A stretch of DNA of 64,000 bases, from the IMG/VR virus record IMGVR_UViG_2643221865_000004; one strand, 5' to 3'. The position numbers and the translations under genes are program-made. Within the stretch, counting starts at the first letter, position 1. Each line of letters starts with the position of its first letter. Source of the DNA: an uncultured virus (IMG/VR IMGVR_UViG_2643221865_000004) (Duplodnaviria > Heunggongvirae > Uroviricota > Caudoviricetes). The notes under the pieces were generated by a model. That model was not told the DNA's origin. It did not search any database and was given only the letters and a program-made list of their open reading frames with translations. Shown in pieces: positions 9,848 through 18,961 of the stretch.

Positions 9848-10195
9848 ATGGACGACATCCACCGCCTGCTCGCGATGCGTGACAAGTACGCGGACCTCCA
9901 CCCAGACTTCGTGTGGGACGAGGAGATCTCCGCCTGGTTCGTGAAGGATCTCGACGACCGGACCCGCGTGTGGGTGTCTCCGCTGATGTTCACGTTCGCT
10001 GTGATCGTCGGCGAGCCCGACGAACCGTTCTACGACGACCGGTGGTGCTTCGAGACGTCCGATGTAGCGCTGGCAGCGGCTGTCGCCTGGCAGGGCCCGT
10101 ACCCGGGCTCGGAGCCGGTCGGATGGCATCGGCATCCGACGTCCGGGCGCCGGCGCGCGGAAGGTGACCCGGCTTCGGAGTACGTCGCCCACTGA
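9848..10195 (+). CDS. hypothetical protein
   Basis: Compact ORF with protein-like composition (YDDRWCF..EPVGWHRH). Confidence 0.7.
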   Translation: MDDIHRLLAMRDKYADLHPDFVWDEEISAWFVKDLDDRTRVWVSPLMFTFAVIVGEPDEPFYDDRWCFETSDVALAAAVAWQGPYPGSEPVGWHRHPTSGRRRAEGDPASEYVAH

Positions 10196-10198
10196 CGT

Positions 10199-10408
10199 TC
10201 ACTCGGCGGAGAACTTCTCCCACCATGCACGCCGTCGCCCTTTCGGTTTCTGCGACGTGAGATGCCAGAATCCGCGGCAGGATTCGCATGGGTACGGGGC
10301 GACCGGCAGCTTCCCAGTTGGTGTGCCGTTCCGGCGGATCGCCTTCAACGCGGTGATCGCGTCACCGATCGACGTGTAGCGGCGTTTGGTGCAGGTGTGC
10401 TCAGGCAT
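10199..10408 (-). CDS. small basic Zn-binding protein
   Basis: CTKRRY...YPCESCRGFWHLT. Confidence 0.7.
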   Translation of the reverse strand: MPEHTCTKRRYTSIGDAITALKAIRRNGTPTGKLPVAPYPCESCRGFWHLTSQKPKGRRRAWWEKFSAE

Positions 10409-10558
10409 GCGTGTGCAGCCCCTCTCTTTTCCGGGGTTGGGCCTGCACTGCGAACCGGCCCTCCAAGATCGGGGACGGCGGCCTGACTACGTGGCGCTTC
10501 GTCGCGTCACGGTCGAGTTGAGATTAGCAGCAGCCGGACATCCGGCTGGTGGCGGCAC

Positions 10559-10593
10559 AAAGCCCGGCCTATCGGGATGACAGGCCGGGCTTT
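10559..10593 (-). terminator. intrinsic terminator
   Basis: AAAGCCCGGCCT...AGGCCGGGCTTT. Confidence 0.75.
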
Positions 10594-10606
10594 CAAGCGC
10601 ATCGGA

Positions 10607-10927
10607 TCAGTACTCTGCTGCGTACTTCGGGCAGGCGACCTGCATGCCGGCGATCGCCGTGTACCGGGCGACGGAGTCGCTGCCGAGCTCGGGGGCGGTC
10701 CGGTAGAGCATCGCCTTCCAGGTCGGCTGCTCCGTGCCGTCTTCCGCCTCGTCGCAGCCCACCTGGATCAGACCGCGGATGGCATCGTCATCCATCAGCG
10801 TCTGCGGGATGTTCTGGTTGGTCCGAGCGGCGTCCACGGCTTCCTGGCTGACGCCGGAAGAAGCGCATCCGGCGAGGGACAAGGTGATCAGGGCTGCCGC
10901 GGCGACGGCGAAGATGGGTGAGCGCAT
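10607..10927 (-). CDS. small lipoprotein (paralog 1)
   Basis: Lipobox LAGC; GAAGGA SD; two further Cys (GC, ACP). Confidence 0.8.
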   Translation of the reverse strand: MRSPIFAVAAAALITLSLAGCASSGVSQEAVDAARTNQNIPQTLMDDDAIRGLIQVGCDEAEDGTEQPTWKAMLYRTAPELGSDSVARYTAIAGMQVACPKYAAEY

Positions 10928-11037
10928 AGAGGTTCCTTCAGTTCTGCTGTGTGTCGGCTGGATACCGGCTTGCAGAGTATCTGGAAGCTCCGACATTGGC
11001 CGGGCGGCGCTCCAGAACCTTGCCGGAGCGGCGCGGC

Positions 11038-11598
11038 TCAGAGGTCTTCGAGCCGAGGATCGTCGAGCTCGAAGTCGAGGAGCCCCCGCTGCGAGGCGTC
11101 CGCGCACAGTTCCGTGTCGGACGCCTTCACGCAGAGAAGGGCGAGGAGGCCATGTGCGTCTTCGTCCGTGTACGTTGTCAAAGCGCCGGCGCCGGGATGC
11201 GCCTTCAGCGCTGCCACCCACTCGTCAGCAGTGGAGCATCCGGTGGCTGTTCTGAGAAGCTCGCGATCGTTGTTGAGCTCGGCGACGTCCGCCGCATCAG
11301 CCATTGACGTGTCGCACGACGGCGAGATCACCGGGTCGTCGAACGACTGAACGAGGAAAACGCCGATGCCTACCATCGCGGCGAGGCCGAGCATGATCAC
11401 GTTGACGCCGAAGCAGCCGATCCGACCCTTCGTTGCGGTCACCGCAACCTCGGGTGTGGCTGCGGGACCCGAAACCGTCGAGTCCGCCACGACAGTTGGC
11501 CTGGCGTAAGCCGTCCATTCGTTCCCGTCCCACCACTGTTCCACGGTTGGATCGGAAGGATGCGGGAACCAGCCAGCGGGAGGGAGCGAATCAGACAT
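11038..11598 (-). CDS. DUF2510-domain membrane protein
   Basis: PAGWFPHPSDPTVEQWWDGNEWT, TM, Cys-containing ectodomain. Confidence 0.78.
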   Translation of the reverse strand: MSDSLPPAGWFPHPSDPTVEQWWDGNEWTAYARPTVVADSTVSGPAATPEVAVTATKGRIGCFGVNVIMLGLAAMVGIGVFLVQSFDDPVISPSCDTSMADAADVAELNNDRELLRTATGCSTADEWVAALKAHPGAGALTTYTDEDAHGLLALLCVKASDTELCADASQRGLLDFELDDPRLEDL

Positions 11599-11690
11599 CG
11601 GTTGAAGTCTGCCAGCTCGCGCAGCTGACCGGCATGACGCGTAAGGGGGCCAGTCCCGCGGGCATTCGGCGGGTGCTCGGTGAGACAGCA

Positions 11691-11719
11691 AACGCCCCAC
11701 CTGATCCAGGCGGGGCGTT
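11691..11719 (-). terminator. intrinsic terminator
   Basis: AACGCCCC...GGGGCGTT downstream of 11735. Confidence 0.65.
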
Positions 11720-11734
11720 CACGTGTGGTGCTGA

Positions 11735-12757
11735 CTACATAGGCTCGGGGAAGGCTTCTGCCTTCTCGCCGCCGGCCTTGAACTTGAGGGTGCCGACGAT
11801 TGCGCCGTCGCGGTGCAGGTTCCACGCCTTCGCGGTGATGGCGAAGCGGTGGTACGGGGTCGCCTTCTTGGCGGATGCGCTGTCGCGAGCGAGGAAGTTG
11901 CGGAGGGCGAGGATGGGGTCACCCTCGGCGAGCCCGCTGCCCTTGATCAGCTTCTCGAAGAACGCCTTGCGGTCCAGCTCAGACTCCTCGTCGATGCGGT
12001 CGAACGCCCAGATGAGGATGGCGAGCTGCTTCATGGTGAGGCCGGGGACGCGCTTGGAGAGACCCTGGGCCTCGCGTGCGATGTCGCGCAGCTCGGGGTG
12101 CTGGCGGAGGAACTCGACTCCGGTGTTGATGGTGATCTTGCCCTTGGGGGCGCTGCCGGGGACGCGCTCTCCGAGCTCCCAGCCCTGGATCGCCTTGATG
12201 GCGGTGGCGAGGCCGATGGTGTTGACCTCGCCGGCGTATTCGAGGATGTCGATGAGGGTGCGGGCCTTGCCGGTGTCGACGTTCTTCACGTTCTCGTCGT
12301 CGACGCCGGTGACGACGACGTTGCGGATGGAGACGCCGGTCTCCATGCATCCGAGGAGGCGGTGCTGGCCGTCAGCGATGAGGCCGGTCTTGGTGATGCT
12401 GATCGACTGGCCGTTGAAGACGTAGTCGCCGTTGTTGAGGTCGGTGATGATCTTGTTGAGGTTCTCGGCGGACGGCTTGCGGTTCCTGGTGTTGCGGCCG
12501 ATGAGCATCCTCGCGTCCTCGGACGTGATGGTGACGACTGCGGCGTCTTCCTCCGCGAAGATGAACATGTGACCGTCGATGATGACGGAGTTCTCATCCA
12601 TCCAGCTGGTGTCGGCTACGGCGTCCTTGATGACGACCTCGGCAGCTTTCTTGGACACGGTGCGGCGCTTCGGGGCTGCCTTCTTGGCGGTGGCGCCGGC
12701 GGCGGCGACGGCTGCCTTCTTTGCGGTCGAGCTGGTCGTGGTGGCTGCAGCAGGCAA
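11735..12757 (-). CDS. ParB/Srx-like N-terminal domain protein (intact motif)
   Basis: NTRNRK..NGQSI..LIADGQHRL..VDTGKART; basic Ala/Lys-rich N-terminal tail; class B motif at 12800. Confidence 0.72.
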   Translation of the reverse strand: MPAAATTTSSTAKKAAVAAAGATAKKAAPKRRTVSKKAAEVVIKDAVADTSWMDENSVIIDGHMFIFAEEDAAVVTITSEDARMLIGRNTRNRKPSAENLNKIITDLNNGDYVFNGQSISITKTGLIADGQHRLLGCMETGVSIRNVVVTGVDDENVKNVDTGKARTLIDILEYAGEVNTIGLATAIKAIQGWELGERVPGSAPKGKITINTGVEFLRQHPELRDIAREAQGLSKRVPGLTMKQLAILIWAFDRIDEESELDRKAFFEKLIKGSGLAEGDPILALRNFLARDSASAKKATPYHRFAITAKAWNLHRDGAIVGTLKFKAGGEKAEAFPEPM

Positions 12758-12827
12758 GGGTGTGGTTCCGTTTCTCGGAGGGGTAATTGTCTAAGCCAAC
12801 ATGCGCGGACATGCGGAGAAATGCAGA

Positions 12828-12859
12828 GCAGCCCCGAACCATTTCAGGTCCGGGGCTGC
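12828..12859 (-). terminator. intrinsic terminator
   Basis: GCAGCCCCG...CGGGGCTGC. Confidence 0.65.
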
Positions 12860-12880
12860 ATCAACGGCTTTCTGACGCTA

Positions 12881-13744
12881 TCACTTCGCCTTCGGGAACG
12901 ACTCCGCACGGGTGCCGCCGCCGACGAAGGTCAGGTTCTTCTTCACGGTCTCACCCGACCGGTACAGGTTGAACGCCTTCACCGTGATCGCCAGCACCGT
13001 GCGGTTCGGGAGCTTGCTCATCGCGTCCTTGTTCACGATGAGCTGCTCACGCAGGACGAACACCGGGTCACCCTCGCCGTCGCTGTAGCCCTTGTGGAGC
13101 TTCTTGAAGAACTCAGCGGAGTCCTCGGTACTGACCGGGGCGAAGATCCACAGGAGCGTCGCGACCTGCTTCGTGGAGAGGAAGCCGAGCTTGCGGGACA
13201 GGTTCTCCGCGTCCGATGCGATCTGCTTCACCGACGGGTTCTTCGCCAGGAAGTCCAGGCTTGCCGGGATGGTGATCGCCGGACGGAACGGGTCCTTCTC
13301 CTGCTCGAACTCGCCGTTCTCGTACTCCTGGATGCCGTTCAGGGCAGCCTGCACGGCGTTGGCGCGGGTGATGCCGTTGTTGACTAGTGCGTCCTTCAGC
13401 TTGAACTGGGCGCCGCTGTCCATGGCGTTGCGTGCGGCGTAGGAGATGCCGGTGGCGATCGCCACCTTCACCGGAGTGTTGGCGCGGATGATGGCGGACA
13501 GCACGGCGGCGCCGTCGATCAGCTTGCCGTCGGGAGCGAACTTGATCGGGTTGCCGGTGAACATGAAGTTCCCGCCGCGGATGTCCGTCAGGATCTTCCG
13601 GACCGACTTCTGCGGCACGGGGCGGAGGTTCGCCGACGCGGCAAGGTAGCCCTCCGCGATCTTCGGGGTGACGATCGCGGAGATCGTCTTCTGGCTGGCG
13701 TGGTCGAGCTTGTCGATTGCGGGGGCGTTCTTCGTGTTGGTCAC
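12881..13744 (-). CDS. ParB/Srx-like paralog with degenerate motif
   Basis: Colinear with 11735..12757, but LIDGAAVL replaces IADGQHRL; shared C-terminus (EGDP..LR..KA.NL.R.G..AE.FP). Confidence 0.72.
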   Translation of the reverse strand: MTNTKNAPAIDKLDHASQKTISAIVTPKIAEGYLAASANLRPVPQKSVRKILTDIRGGNFMFTGNPIKFAPDGKLIDGAAVLSAIIRANTPVKVAIATGISYAARNAMDSGAQFKLKDALVNNGITRANAVQAALNGIQEYENGEFEQEKDPFRPAITIPASLDFLAKNPSVKQIASDAENLSRKLGFLSTKQVATLLWIFAPVSTEDSAEFFKKLHKGYSDGEGDPVFVLREQLIVNKDAMSKLPNRTVLAITVKAFNLYRSGETVKKNLTFVGGGTRAESFPKAK

Positions 13745-13842
13745 AGGTGGGGTCCTTGGTCCAGTGGGGCGGCGCGATTGCGTCCACTGGTCCTATGCGT
13801 GACCGGAGATGCCGGCTGTCAGTTTCTGCTCCCGGCGAGCGG

Positions 13843-14607
13843 CTACGGGCTGACGATCAGGGCGCCGCGGTTCAGCACAATCAGGTAGTCGTGGTGGTCG
13901 GCGTCGGTGATCGCGTCGTATCCGAGGGCTGCGGCGAGAGTGCCTTCGTTCCGCCAGACAGAACCGGAGAATGACTCTCGGTCGTCGAGGAGCCCGTCCT
14001 CGTTCTGCGGCAGGGAGTCCATGTACTCCTGGCGGAGGTCATGGATTTCCATCCAGTCGGCGATGTTCGCAGTGTCGGGCAGGGCGGCGATGATCCCGGT
14101 TCCAGGACCCTCGCCGTACAGGTCGATGGCGGTCGCCCGGTTCTCCTCGCCGCACATGAAGTAGGTGCCGCTCCCGGAGTCGCCCTTGCCGGGCCAGTAC
14201 TCCCCCGACTTGAACGCTGCCGCCTGCTCCGGGAGGGCCACCCCACGGCTCAGCAGTCCGAACCTGGTCTTGGCGGCCTCCCGGTACACAGCGACAGTGT
14301 CGGTCGCCTTCTGCGGGAGCGCATCGAACCCTTGGCGTCGGGCGATCTCAGCGAGGACAGGGTCGGCGCCTCGTTCGAAGATCCCGTAGTGGTCGTTGTC
14401 GGCGGGGACGAACAGTGCCTTCATCTCCTCGGACAGCTCATGGCTGTCCACGGAGCCGACACCGACAGTGAGCTGAAACACGTCTCGGGCGGGGTTGTTC
14501 GGGCAGTTAGCCCAGGCGGGTGAGTCCTCGAAGTGGAACGAGTCCACACAGGTGGTGCAGGGACGCTTCACGCGGCCAGTAGCAGTGGCGAGCATGGACA
14601 TGGTCAT
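13843..14607 (-). CDS. putative ADP-ribosyltransferase-fold protein
   Basis: LSRG...GSGTYF...AALGYDAI...YLIVLNRGALIV resembles ART-like domains attached to phage head/MuF proteins; N-terminal CxxC..H..C. Confidence 0.45.
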   Translation of the reverse strand: MTMSMLATATGRVKRPCTTCVDSFHFEDSPAWANCPNNPARDVFQLTVGVGSVDSHELSEEMKALFVPADNDHYGIFERGADPVLAEIARRQGFDALPQKATDTVAVYREAAKTRFGLLSRGVALPEQAAAFKSGEYWPGKGDSGSGTYFMCGEENRATAIDLYGEGPGTGIIAALPDTANIADWMEIHDLRQEYMDSLPQNEDGLLDDRESFSGSVWRNEGTLAAALGYDAITDADHHDYLIVLNRGALIVSP

Positions 14608-14608
14608 G

Positions 14609-15121
14609 TCACCAGCTCGCGAGGCCGACGTGGACGTAGTCGCTGTCCTCGTCGAAGCGGATGACGGTGGCGGAGAAGGCGCTGTCCGGCTGGTAGCCGG
14701 CCCATCCGTCGTTGGAAAACGTCTCCGACCCGGATCCCCAGCCGGCGTTGTGTTCCGTCGCCTGGAACTCGTGGGCGTCGTACCAGGAGCCGTTGAGCTC
14801 GAACAGGCGCATGTCGTACGACTCGTCGCCTTCGTCGATGTAGTCGAACTGGGAGGCGACCTCGCGGGGCACCTCAGCCAGCGACTGCAACGCGATCGGC
14901 TCCACCGTCTCGCTCATCGACACTTCACCGAACGGTGTGGTGAGCTTCCGCTCGGTCATCTCCACGGTTGGGGCGTCGACGGTGAGTGTGAGCCCTCCGG
15001 TGGTTGAGGCGCCGGGCTTGCAGCAGTCCTCCCACCCCTTGTCCTGGTAGTGCCAGTCCGGGTGGTTCGGTGCTGTGCTGGTGCAGAGGACCTGGTTCAG
15101 GCCGAGTTGCAGGGTGCTCAT
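14609..15121 (-). CDS. hypothetical acidic protein
   Basis: AAGGAG SD; class A motif at 15175-15186. Confidence 0.75.
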   Translation of the reverse strand: MSTLQLGLNQVLCTSTAPNHPDWHYQDKGWEDCCKPGASTTGGLTLTVDAPTVEMTERKLTTPFGEVSMSETVEPIALQSLAEVPREVASQFDYIDEGDESYDMRLFELNGSWYDAHEFQATEHNAGWGSGSETFSNDGWAGYQPDSAFSATVIRFDEDSDYVHVGLASW

Positions 15122-15208
15122 GGTCGATCTCCTTCTGTTCCGGGCGGGAATGCGGCCGCCCTATTTCGGAGACGTAGGTGTGTGGCTGGCTCTGGCGCGG
15201 ACCGGTTC

Positions 15209-15952
15209 CTAGAGGGTGATCTCGGGGGCACCGAAGCCGCGGGGAGCGTAGGAGCCTGCTGTCGACTTTCCGGTGGTCTTCGCCCGCGCTGCTCCGGAGC
15301 CCTGGCTTGCAGGTGCTTTCTGGGGTCCGCGGTATCGGGTGAAGGTGTCCGCCTGTTTCCGGGCGGCTTCCACCGCAGGCGCACGGTCGGGACCCTGCCA
15401 GTTGTAGCGGTGGAGTTTCGTCGCGTCGGCCATCTCTGTCAGCCGTCGGCCGGCGTCGCGCATCACGGTTCGGACCTGCTTGCGTTCCACGTCGGACGCG
15501 GTCCGCATCCTGGCGTCGAGCTCCTTCGTCCACTCTGCGATGCGACGGTTGGGCAGGTTCGCGTACCCGCCGAGCTTGTAGGAGTGCGCTTCGATCTGGG
15601 CGTTGGTCAGATCCTTTGCGATGTACTGGATAAGCCGTCGCTTCGCGGGGCCGTGATAGATCGCACCGTCGGTCTGCGCCTTCGCGGCCATGTCGTCAAG
15701 CCCAGATATTTCCAGCGTGTCGTAGACGACGTTGTGGCCGCCGGGGTTGCTTCCCCGCCATGCGTCGTGCGCTGCCTCCTGGGAGGGGTGGCCGGTGCTC
15801 ACCCACTGGAACGACGACCATTCGTAGTCGACATCCCATTCCGGGTCGTAGTCCTCGTCGTCGTAAGCGTCGTGGGTGTTGGCGGTGTAAAACCCTCGGT
15901 TCCAGGTGCCGTCCGGGGACTGCCAGATGACGTTCTCTCGGTTGAAGCTCAT
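15209..15952 (-). CDS. hypothetical protein with C-terminal STAGS(Y/F) tag
   Basis: Class A motif 18 nt upstream; C-terminus RAKTTGKSTAGSYAPRGFGAPEITL. Confidence 0.8.
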   Translation of the reverse strand: MSFNRENVIWQSPDGTWNRGFYTANTHDAYDDEDYDPEWDVDYEWSSFQWVSTGHPSQEAAHDAWRGSNPGGHNVVYDTLEISGLDDMAAKAQTDGAIYHGPAKRRLIQYIAKDLTNAQIEAHSYKLGGYANLPNRRIAEWTKELDARMRTASDVERKQVRTVMRDAGRRLTEMADATKLHRYNWQGPDRAPAVEAARKQADTFTRYRGPQKAPASQGSGAARAKTTGKSTAGSYAPRGFGAPEITL

Positions 15953-15982
15953 GCAATCTAGGTGTGTGGCTCGGGGGATGCA

Positions 15983-16016
15983 GGAAGCCCGCAGAACCGA
16001 AGTTCCACGGGCTTCC
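15983..16016 (-). terminator. intrinsic terminator
   Basis: GGAAGCCCG...CGGGCTTCC. Confidence 0.6.
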
Positions 16017-16030
16017 GCACACTGCCGAGG

Positions 16031-16960
16031 TCAGGCGGTGGCCAACTCGCTGTCCCGGTAGACGTCCGGTTCGATGTAGATGACCTTTGCGCTGGGCACT
16101 GCGGCGCGGATGCGCGCTTCGATCAGGTCGATCGACGATGCGACCTCCTCGAAGGAGATGCCGGCTGGGACGCTGACCTTGACCACTACGAGCAGCTCCT
16201 CAGGGCCGAGGTGCAGGGTGCGCATGTGGATGATCCGGTCTGCTTCGTCGCCGTTCAGGACGGCGTCGCGGATCGCGTCGACGTCGGACGGGGATGCGCC
16301 CTCGCCGATCAGGAGACTCTTCGTCTCGAAGCCGATGATGATGGCGACTCCGACGAGCAGCACTCCGATGAGGATGGTGCCGGCAGCGTCGAAGATGCCG
16401 TTCCCGGTGATCACGGTGAGGCCGACGCCGAGCAGCGCGAGGATCAGTCCGGTGATCGCAGCGAAGTCTTCCAGGATGACGACGAGGAGCTCCGGCGCTT
16501 TCGCGTCGCGGATGAACTGAGGCCAGGAGGCTGAGCCGCGCAGCTTGTTCGATTCCTTCATCGCTGTGCGGAGCGACATGCCTTCCAGGCCGATCGAGAC
16601 GACGAGGACGATCACGGGCAGGAGCCACACCTCGATCGGTTGCGGGTGGGACAGCTTCTCGATGCCTTCGTAGATGGAGTACAGGCCGCCGACGGTGAAC
16701 AGGATGAGAGCAACCAGGAACGCGTACACGTACCGTTCGCGGCCGTACCCGAAGGGATGGTGCTCGTCGGCTTTCCGGCGTGACTGGCGGCCGCCGAGGA
16801 GAAGCAGCACCTGGTTGCCGGAATCGGCGAATGAATGGATCGCTTCCGCGAGCATTGCTGCGCTGCCGGATACAGCGGCGGCGATCGACTTCGTCACGGC
16901 GATTCCGAGGTTCGCGGACAGGGCGGCGAAGATCGCTTTGTTGCTTCCGCTGGTGCTCAC
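16031..16960 (-). CDS. cation diffusion facilitator (CDF) metal transporter
   Basis: AEAIHSFADSGNQ, HPFGYGRERY, LEDFAA, ~6 TM, C-terminal IYIEPD; GTG start with AAGGGGG SD. Confidence 0.92.
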   Translation of the reverse strand: MSTSGSNKAIFAALSANLGIAVTKSIAAAVSGSAAMLAEAIHSFADSGNQVLLLLGGRQSRRKADEHHPFGYGRERYVYAFLVALILFTVGGLYSIYEGIEKLSHPQPIEVWLLPVIVLVVSIGLEGMSLRTAMKESNKLRGSASWPQFIRDAKAPELLVVILEDFAAITGLILALLGVGLTVITGNGIFDAAGTILIGVLLVGVAIIIGFETKSLLIGEGASPSDVDAIRDAVLNGDEADRIIHMRTLHLGPEELLVVVKVSVPAGISFEEVASSIDLIEARIRAAVPSAKVIYIEPDVYRDSELATA

Positions 16961-17097
16961 AGGCTGGCCCCCTTGATGTTCGTGGCCTGGCTGGAGTGCT
17001 TCATGTCGTTCTCGGCTTTCGGTTGTGGTGACGGTTTCACTACCTCCATGGGCGGATTCGACTGCTTTCACGCGGTCTCGGGTTCCTGTCCAAGGGA

Positions 17098-17132
17098 AGA
17101 AGCCCGGCGCCTTCGTGGGCAGCCGGGCTTCT
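17098..17132 (-). terminator. intrinsic terminator
   Basis: AGAAGCCCGGC...GCCGGGCTTCT. Confidence 0.75.
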
Positions 17133-17148
17133 CCTTGTTCTGATGGGC

Positions 17149-17469
17149 TCAGCCGAGCTGGTCCAGCTGGTCCAGCTTGTCGGGGCAGGCGGTCTGCATC
17201 CCCAGGGTGGCGACGTTCTTCGCGCCTTCAGCTGACAGGGCGGCGGGGTTCTCGGCGTAGACCTGCTCCGCCCATCCGCTGTAGGAGTCGGAGTGCTCGA
17301 CTCGGTCGCAGCCGGAGTGGGTGATCGAGGCGAGCTGCTCGTCGGTGAGCCCGTCGATGTTGAGGCCGGTGGAGCGCATCTCGTCGACGAGCGCTCCGTC
17401 GTTGGAGCATCCGGCGAGGGAGAGGACGATGGCTGCTGCGGCCGCGAAGGCGAGGATGGGTTTACGCAA
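17149..17469 (-). CDS. small lipoprotein (paralog 2)
   Basis: TTG start, lipobox LAGC, GCD..GMQTACP; same 321-nt length and similar 5' region as 10607..10927. Confidence 0.8.
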   Translation of the reverse strand: MRKPILAFAAAAAIVLSLAGCSNDGALVDEMRSTGLNIDGLTDEQLASITHSGCDRVEHSDSYSGWAEQVYAENPAALSAEGAKNVATLGMQTACPDKLDQLDQLG

Positions 17470-17543
17470 GAGGCTTCCTTCAGGTTTGCTGTGTGTCGGC
17501 TGGATCGCCTCGGGAAGGCTATGGGTGGCCGCCGACACCAACC

Positions 17544-18239
17544 TCAGTGGAACGCGTACCGTTCGATCGGTTCGATCAGCTGGCTGTACCGCTGAGCTTC
17601 AGCGTCCCAGTGCGGGTCCTGCGTCCGGTGCTGCAGGATGAGGGCGCTGTCGCGGGCGAGGACGAGCTGGTTGTACGCGTGCCCGTAGCAGGCGGCGATG
17701 CTCTGCAGGTCCTCTGCCGGCTTCTCCATCGCCTTGCCGATGTACTCCCAGTACTCCTTGTCGGCGCGCTCCGCGACACCTTCGACGGAGTCGGTGGACA
17801 CGTTCGGGTGGCGGATCACCTTCTCGAGGATGCCGGGGCCGGCGTGCACGTCGTCGACCAGCTTCGCCAAGGTTCCAGCGCCGGTGTTCGGGAGTTCGGT
17901 TGCCATGAAGCGGACGCGGGGACGGTTGTAGACGTCCTTCCGGTTCAGCTCGCGGCTGACAGCCGATTCGATCTCCTCCGCGGTCAAGTCCGGGTTGGAG
18001 AGGGCGTGCATGCGGTCGTCGGCGGACTTTCGGCCGTCGTAGGCCGGGAACGGGGAGAACACCCGACCGGGACGGATGAACTGGTTCTCGACCGGCGACA
18101 CCGACTCCGGCAGGTGCCCGCCGACGGGGATCTCCTCCCCTGCGGTGTGCTGCGCCTGGCGGAACTTCCCGTCCTTCGCGTGCGGGTGCTTCTGGTGGTG
18201 CTCAACGAGCTCCGCCCCGGTCAACGTTCCGTCCGACAT
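17544..18239 (-). CDS. helical-repeat (LRV/HEAT-like) family protein, paralog 1
   Basis: RMHALSNPDL..ELNRK..RHPNVS; N-terminal HPHAKDGKF; SD plus class A motif at 18269-18280. Confidence 0.8.
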   Translation of the reverse strand: MSDGTLTGAELVEHHQKHPHAKDGKFRQAQHTAGEEIPVGGHLPESVSPVENQFIRPGRVFSPFPAYDGRKSADDRMHALSNPDLTAEEIESAVSRELNRKDVYNRPRVRFMATELPNTGAGTLAKLVDDVHAGPGILEKVIRHPNVSTDSVEGVAERADKEYWEYIGKAMEKPAEDLQSIAACYGHAYNQLVLARDSALILQHRTQDPHWDAEAQRYSQLIEPIERYAFH

Positions 18240-18280
18240 GTGATGCCTTTCCTTTGTGGTCAGAGACGTAGGTGTGTGGC

Positions 18281-18961
18281 CTACCTGCGGCGCCGGTTGG
18301 TTTCCAGGTCGTGGTCGTCGGCGATGATGCGCAGGTCCTGGAGGATCTCCCCGATCGCGAGCGAGTCCCCGTCGAATCGGCGGCTGCTGCGGTTTTCGGT
18401 GTCGAGGTCGTCCAGGTCGGCGGCGATGTCGTTCACTCGTTCCACCTTCACGCGGGCTTCGTCGAACGGGTCGTCGGTTCCGGTGGGGGCGTCGAGGGTA
18501 TCGATGATCTTCTGCACCCATGCTGCTGGGCCGTCGTCGATGTCATGTTCGATGCTGCTCATCTGGGTGAGCATGTCCCGAAGCCCGTCGCCGTGCTGGT
18601 CGAGGGTGTCGGCGACAGCAGCGGTTCGCATCGCAGCTCCGACAGGGTCGACGTCGTCCATCCGCACGGCCATCGCTTCACGGATCCTCCCGACCAGTTC
18701 GATGTTCGCGATCGGGTCTGCAGTCACCGGCAGGATCTGCTGTCGTTCCACGACACCGTCCATTGTGAGAACCACTCCGCGGTACTGTCCGGCCGATCGG
18801 GCGCGGTCTCCGCGCATCGAGCACAGCAGCTCGTCGTTGGATCCGGCCATGTGTGAGGCTTTGACGCCGCAAGCTTCCGGGTGCGGGCAGGCCACCTCGT
18901 TCTTCGGCAGGGTTCGTTGGGGGTTCATGATGATCCTTTCGGTGGTGAAGTCGGGTGGCAC
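18281..18961 (-). CDS. hypothetical protein
   Basis: Abuts 18962 gene; CPHPEACG..H; start uncertain (18961 or 18929). Confidence 0.7.
   Translation of the reverse strand: MPPDFTTERIIMNPQRTLPKNEVACPHPEACGVKASHMAGSNDELLCSMRGDRARSAGQYRGVVLTMDGVVERQQILPVTADPIANIELVGRIREAMAVRMDDVDPVGAAMRTAAVADTLDQHGDGLRDMLTQMSSIEHDIDDGPAAWVQKIIDTLDAPTGTDDPFDEARVKVERVNDIAADLDDLDTENRSSRRFDGDSLAIGEILQDLRIIADDHDLETNRRRR

Noticed and set aside
16031..16960. CDF transporter as part of the novel system
   Set aside because: Ordinary metal-efflux cargo gene lacking both the motif and the peptide tag
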